A stretch of 64,000 nucleotides of DNA from Rhizophagus irregularis (lineage: Eukaryota): assembly GCF_026210795.1 (NCBI RefSeq), contig NC_089431.1, positions 3,534,001 through 3,598,000 on the forward strand, in the 5' to 3' direction. The translations under genes and the position numbers were made by a program. The notes under the pieces are model-generated. The model saw only the letters and a list, made by a program, of their open reading frames with translations, was not told the origin of the DNA and made no database searches. Below, piece by piece: positions 60,652 to 64,000 of the stretch (its first letter is position 1; each line of letters opens with the position of its first letter).

Positions 60652-63600
60652 TTATATACAAGAAAAATTACCTTTTGAAATTAGCACTTTAACATCATCA
60701 TCCATGAAGGATTGTTTAACAACATTTTTGATATCATCAAATTTATCAATCCTATAGAATAAGTCTTTATTCAAATTTTTTTCAGTTAAAACATATCCAA
60801 ATGAATCTAGCAAACAATTCATTTGCATGTTATCAATTTTAAACTTTTGCAATCCGAATGTAATATACAGATATGTAAATCTATAATTGGATTCTCATAT
60901 GTTGATTTTATTTCAATATCAATGGAATTATATGACCATCCAGTTAATTTAATTATGTTGTATTCATAATCTGTCATTGAGAAATTTGCATTAATAAGCA
61001 CAGTGTATTCTCGAGATAAAGGAAACGAAGTTTTAACGCTGTAAGTTGACTCATTAGGTTTTAAGGTAATAGATTCTTTGATGTGATCGACTTGAAATTC
61101 TCGATTATTTGGACTATAAACTGATAATTTTAAAGGATTTCCAATAATAATCCATAAAATATAACATTCTGAAATATTGATATTTTCATTATTTGATGTA
61201 TCTATTATGGCAGAAAATCCATTAACATCATATAATCCAAACTTTATAAACCCATTTATCTTCAAATTATTTTCTGCAACAATTGACCCAAATACTTCAT
61301 AATTTTCATTTTTTAATGGCGGATCTATATTTATTCGCTTATAGTGTTCAGTATTAATATTATTTAAATCCTTTAGTTTCTTAATTCCTGTCATTATGAT
61401 TTTATAATTATCTTGATTATTATTATTTAATGCAATGTCAATTTTTCTCTTTTGTTCCAAGTTAAGAATATCATAAAAGGAAATTACTTCATTCATTTCA
61501 ACAATATCTAACTCCTTATTTGCATTTGCATTTTGAATCCATTCATCTAGATTATTTTTTTTAATAACATTTCCTTTTTGTGTTATAAGATATGAAATAT
61601 CCAAATTCTCTAAATACGAATGTAAAGATCCAATAGACGTTGGCAATTTTAAATTAATCTTTTCAAAAGTACCAAAAAAAGTACTGGTGGTAATATTTTT
61701 AAGTGATTTTCCCAGAATAGTTTTTAAGGGGAATAAATGACCATATTCATTAAATAAATCTTGTAAATCATTTAATGGTTTCATACTACTAAGTGCTTTT
61801 TCTAAAGAATTATTAAATTCATCTGAAGGTTTTATACAGTCCTTATTTATAATTATTTCATATTGTTCACATTTGATTATTAAGTGAATATTATTCTTAT
61901 CACTAAAATTATCATTAGTCTTAATAAATGGAAAGGATTCAATATTTTTAACAGAAAAAATATTATTGGATATTAAATTATTTTCCAATTCTGTTATTGG
62001 ATTTAATATTTCAAAATAAGATTTATCACTTAGGATTACTTTAGGAATTTCAGTAAATACAACAGCAATCTTTTTACTATTTTTAATTATATATGAATTA
62101 CTAATTATTAAACCCTGAAGCAAATGAAATCTTTTAATCCATTTTACTAAATCAATGTATATTCCATTATTAATCCATTCTTTTAAGCTTAATCTCTCTT
62201 TATAGCTATCAATTCCGGAATGCTTTTCATTTATACTATCTGCTGGCATCTTTTTTAATTGAGAAATGAAATTATCCGACTCTTTTTTTAATTGAGAAAC
62301 AAATTCTAATTCAGGTGTACTACTTATTGATTCCTTAAAAAAGTTAATTGACATCATTTTTAATTGAAAAACAGAACAAAAATTTTTATATGAAATTATA
62401 TCTATTATTGTATCTTGATATAATCTTTTTAGCCAATTATACAATTTTTTGGGAGTATCCAATATTACACCATTAGAAGTTTCTATTCTTGGTAAAAAAT
62501 GCATATCAAAAAATCCATTATGGAATGGAAATTCATTGTTATTTTTGGATGAATTATATGCCCAAATTAAATAAAATTTCAAAATATCAATTTGTTTTGG
62601 AGTAGCTAAATTGAAATCTTTAATAAATAACTGTCCACCAGCTATAAATTCATTTGTATAAAGATGACCAAACAGGCTATACAATTTTATATCATCTGAA
62701 TTGGTTTCTGAATCAAGTTCTTCAAATTTCTCAAATGCATAAGTTGAAAATAATTCTGATATGTCAGCCTTGTATGTAATTTCAGCAACTGGAAAATTAA
62801 TACAAACATCAGAAGGCTGCATTAGATTAGAGTCAGTATTAGCGTTATTCATAAAAGTAAGCAAATTCATAGAAGAATTAGGATAATTTATATTGGTGTA
62901 AACTATAGGCTCTCCATTATATAAATTTGCAATCAAATCACCATTATTAACAACAATAGCTTCTTTACTTGGTTGTATACATCCATCCAACAATAAACCA
63001 TGGTTTAATTTCCACCGTTGTATTAATTCTTGTTTACTTGATGAAACGTTCTCTATTTTTATGATAAGATATAATTAATGAAAATTTTCTTTCTAAATTA
63101 TATAAACAATTAATTAATTAACTTACCGATTTTCTTTTCTTTATATCCTAAAAGTGAGTCTTTGTATAATTCATTTAATTCATTTAATCTTTCTATAGCT
63201 CTATCATAACCATTATCTGCAGATCTTTTATACCACTGTAGAGCCATGTCAAAATCTTTTATTGCACAAATACCATCATCAAAACAAATTGCAACATTAT
63301 ACTGAGCAACTTTATTCTCCATATTAGCGGCTTTTAAAAATAAATTAAAAGCCATTTTTTCATCAACAGATATTCCAATACCTTTTAAATAACAATAACC
63401 TAACATATATAAACCAAAAGAACATTCATTATATGCACTTAAATTATAATAATAAAAGGCTAAATTATAATCTCTATTGTCAAAAGTTCCAAATTGATAA
63501 ATATTTCCGATAGAGTATTGTGCAATTGCAAAATTATTATCTGCTGCTTTTTTATACCAATAAAGCGCAATTGATTCAATCTTATTAACTCCGAAACCAT

Positions 63601-64000
63601 TTTCAAAACAAATTCCTAAATAATATTGAGCAGCAGGATGCTCTTGTAGTGATGCAGACTTAAAATACTTAATTGCATTATCAATGTTAATTGCATTATC
63701 AATTGTGCCAAATCCTGAAAAATTTAAATATCCCATAAAAAACATATTATCCAAGCTTGTCTCATAATTATTGCTTAACCATTCATAAATTGTTTCATTG
63801 GTGACATTGTATGATGATAAGTAATCATGGAGAATTAGGTTGCGTTGATCACAAGATTTTCCTTCATTTGTTATACGTACAAATAATTTTACTAAATCTG
63901 AAACGATAGTATATGTATTATCAACTAATAATGTTTGTGATTGTTCAGCTGTAAATTCTTGATTACTTAATGTATTTTCATGAGATGTTGGAATTGTTTT
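60652..64000 (-). CDS. Sel1-repeat protein fused to a large C-terminal region with MACPF-like motifs; runs off the window end; apparent frameshift near 60840
   Basis: Frame open from 64000; Sel1 repeats at 63130-63750; intron 63053-63126 joins in frame to the 724-aa ORF; FGHLYTNEFIAGG and NEYGHLFPLKTILG motifs. Confidence 0.8.

Overview
AT-rich, intron-rich eukaryotic genomic DNA. Expanded Sel1-repeat genes and TKL-type kinases suggest an arbuscular mycorrhizal fungus (Glomeromycotina, Rhizophagus-like); this is inferred from gene style only. Most of the window is a nested transposon stack. A kinase pseudogene is split by a 41.7-kb CACTA/EnSpm-type element (7767-49443, 14-bp TIR, AAA TSD). 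That element contains (i) a young Ty3/Gypsy LTR retrotransposon whose integrase is a separate ORF (10314-18858), (ii) a Ginger-like integrase DNA transposon with ~1.27-kb TIRs (26686-31471) and (iii) a 14.5-kb Polinton/Maverick-like element (32729-47266, 459-bp TIRs, ACAGC TSD). The last is the most unusual. It has the Polinton toolkit (chromodomain integrase, A32-like packaging ATPase, PolB, SF3-type helicase), but I see no double-jelly-roll capsid or adenoviral-type protease. Instead it has a retrotransposon-type Gag capsid plus aspartic protease, arranged as a coiled-coil ORF > Gag > Pro cassette joined by two in-frame -1 slippery heptamers. Its genes are intronless and share TTGAA upstream motifs and poly-T downstream tracts. 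All protein assignments are by eye from motifs; no database searches were run.
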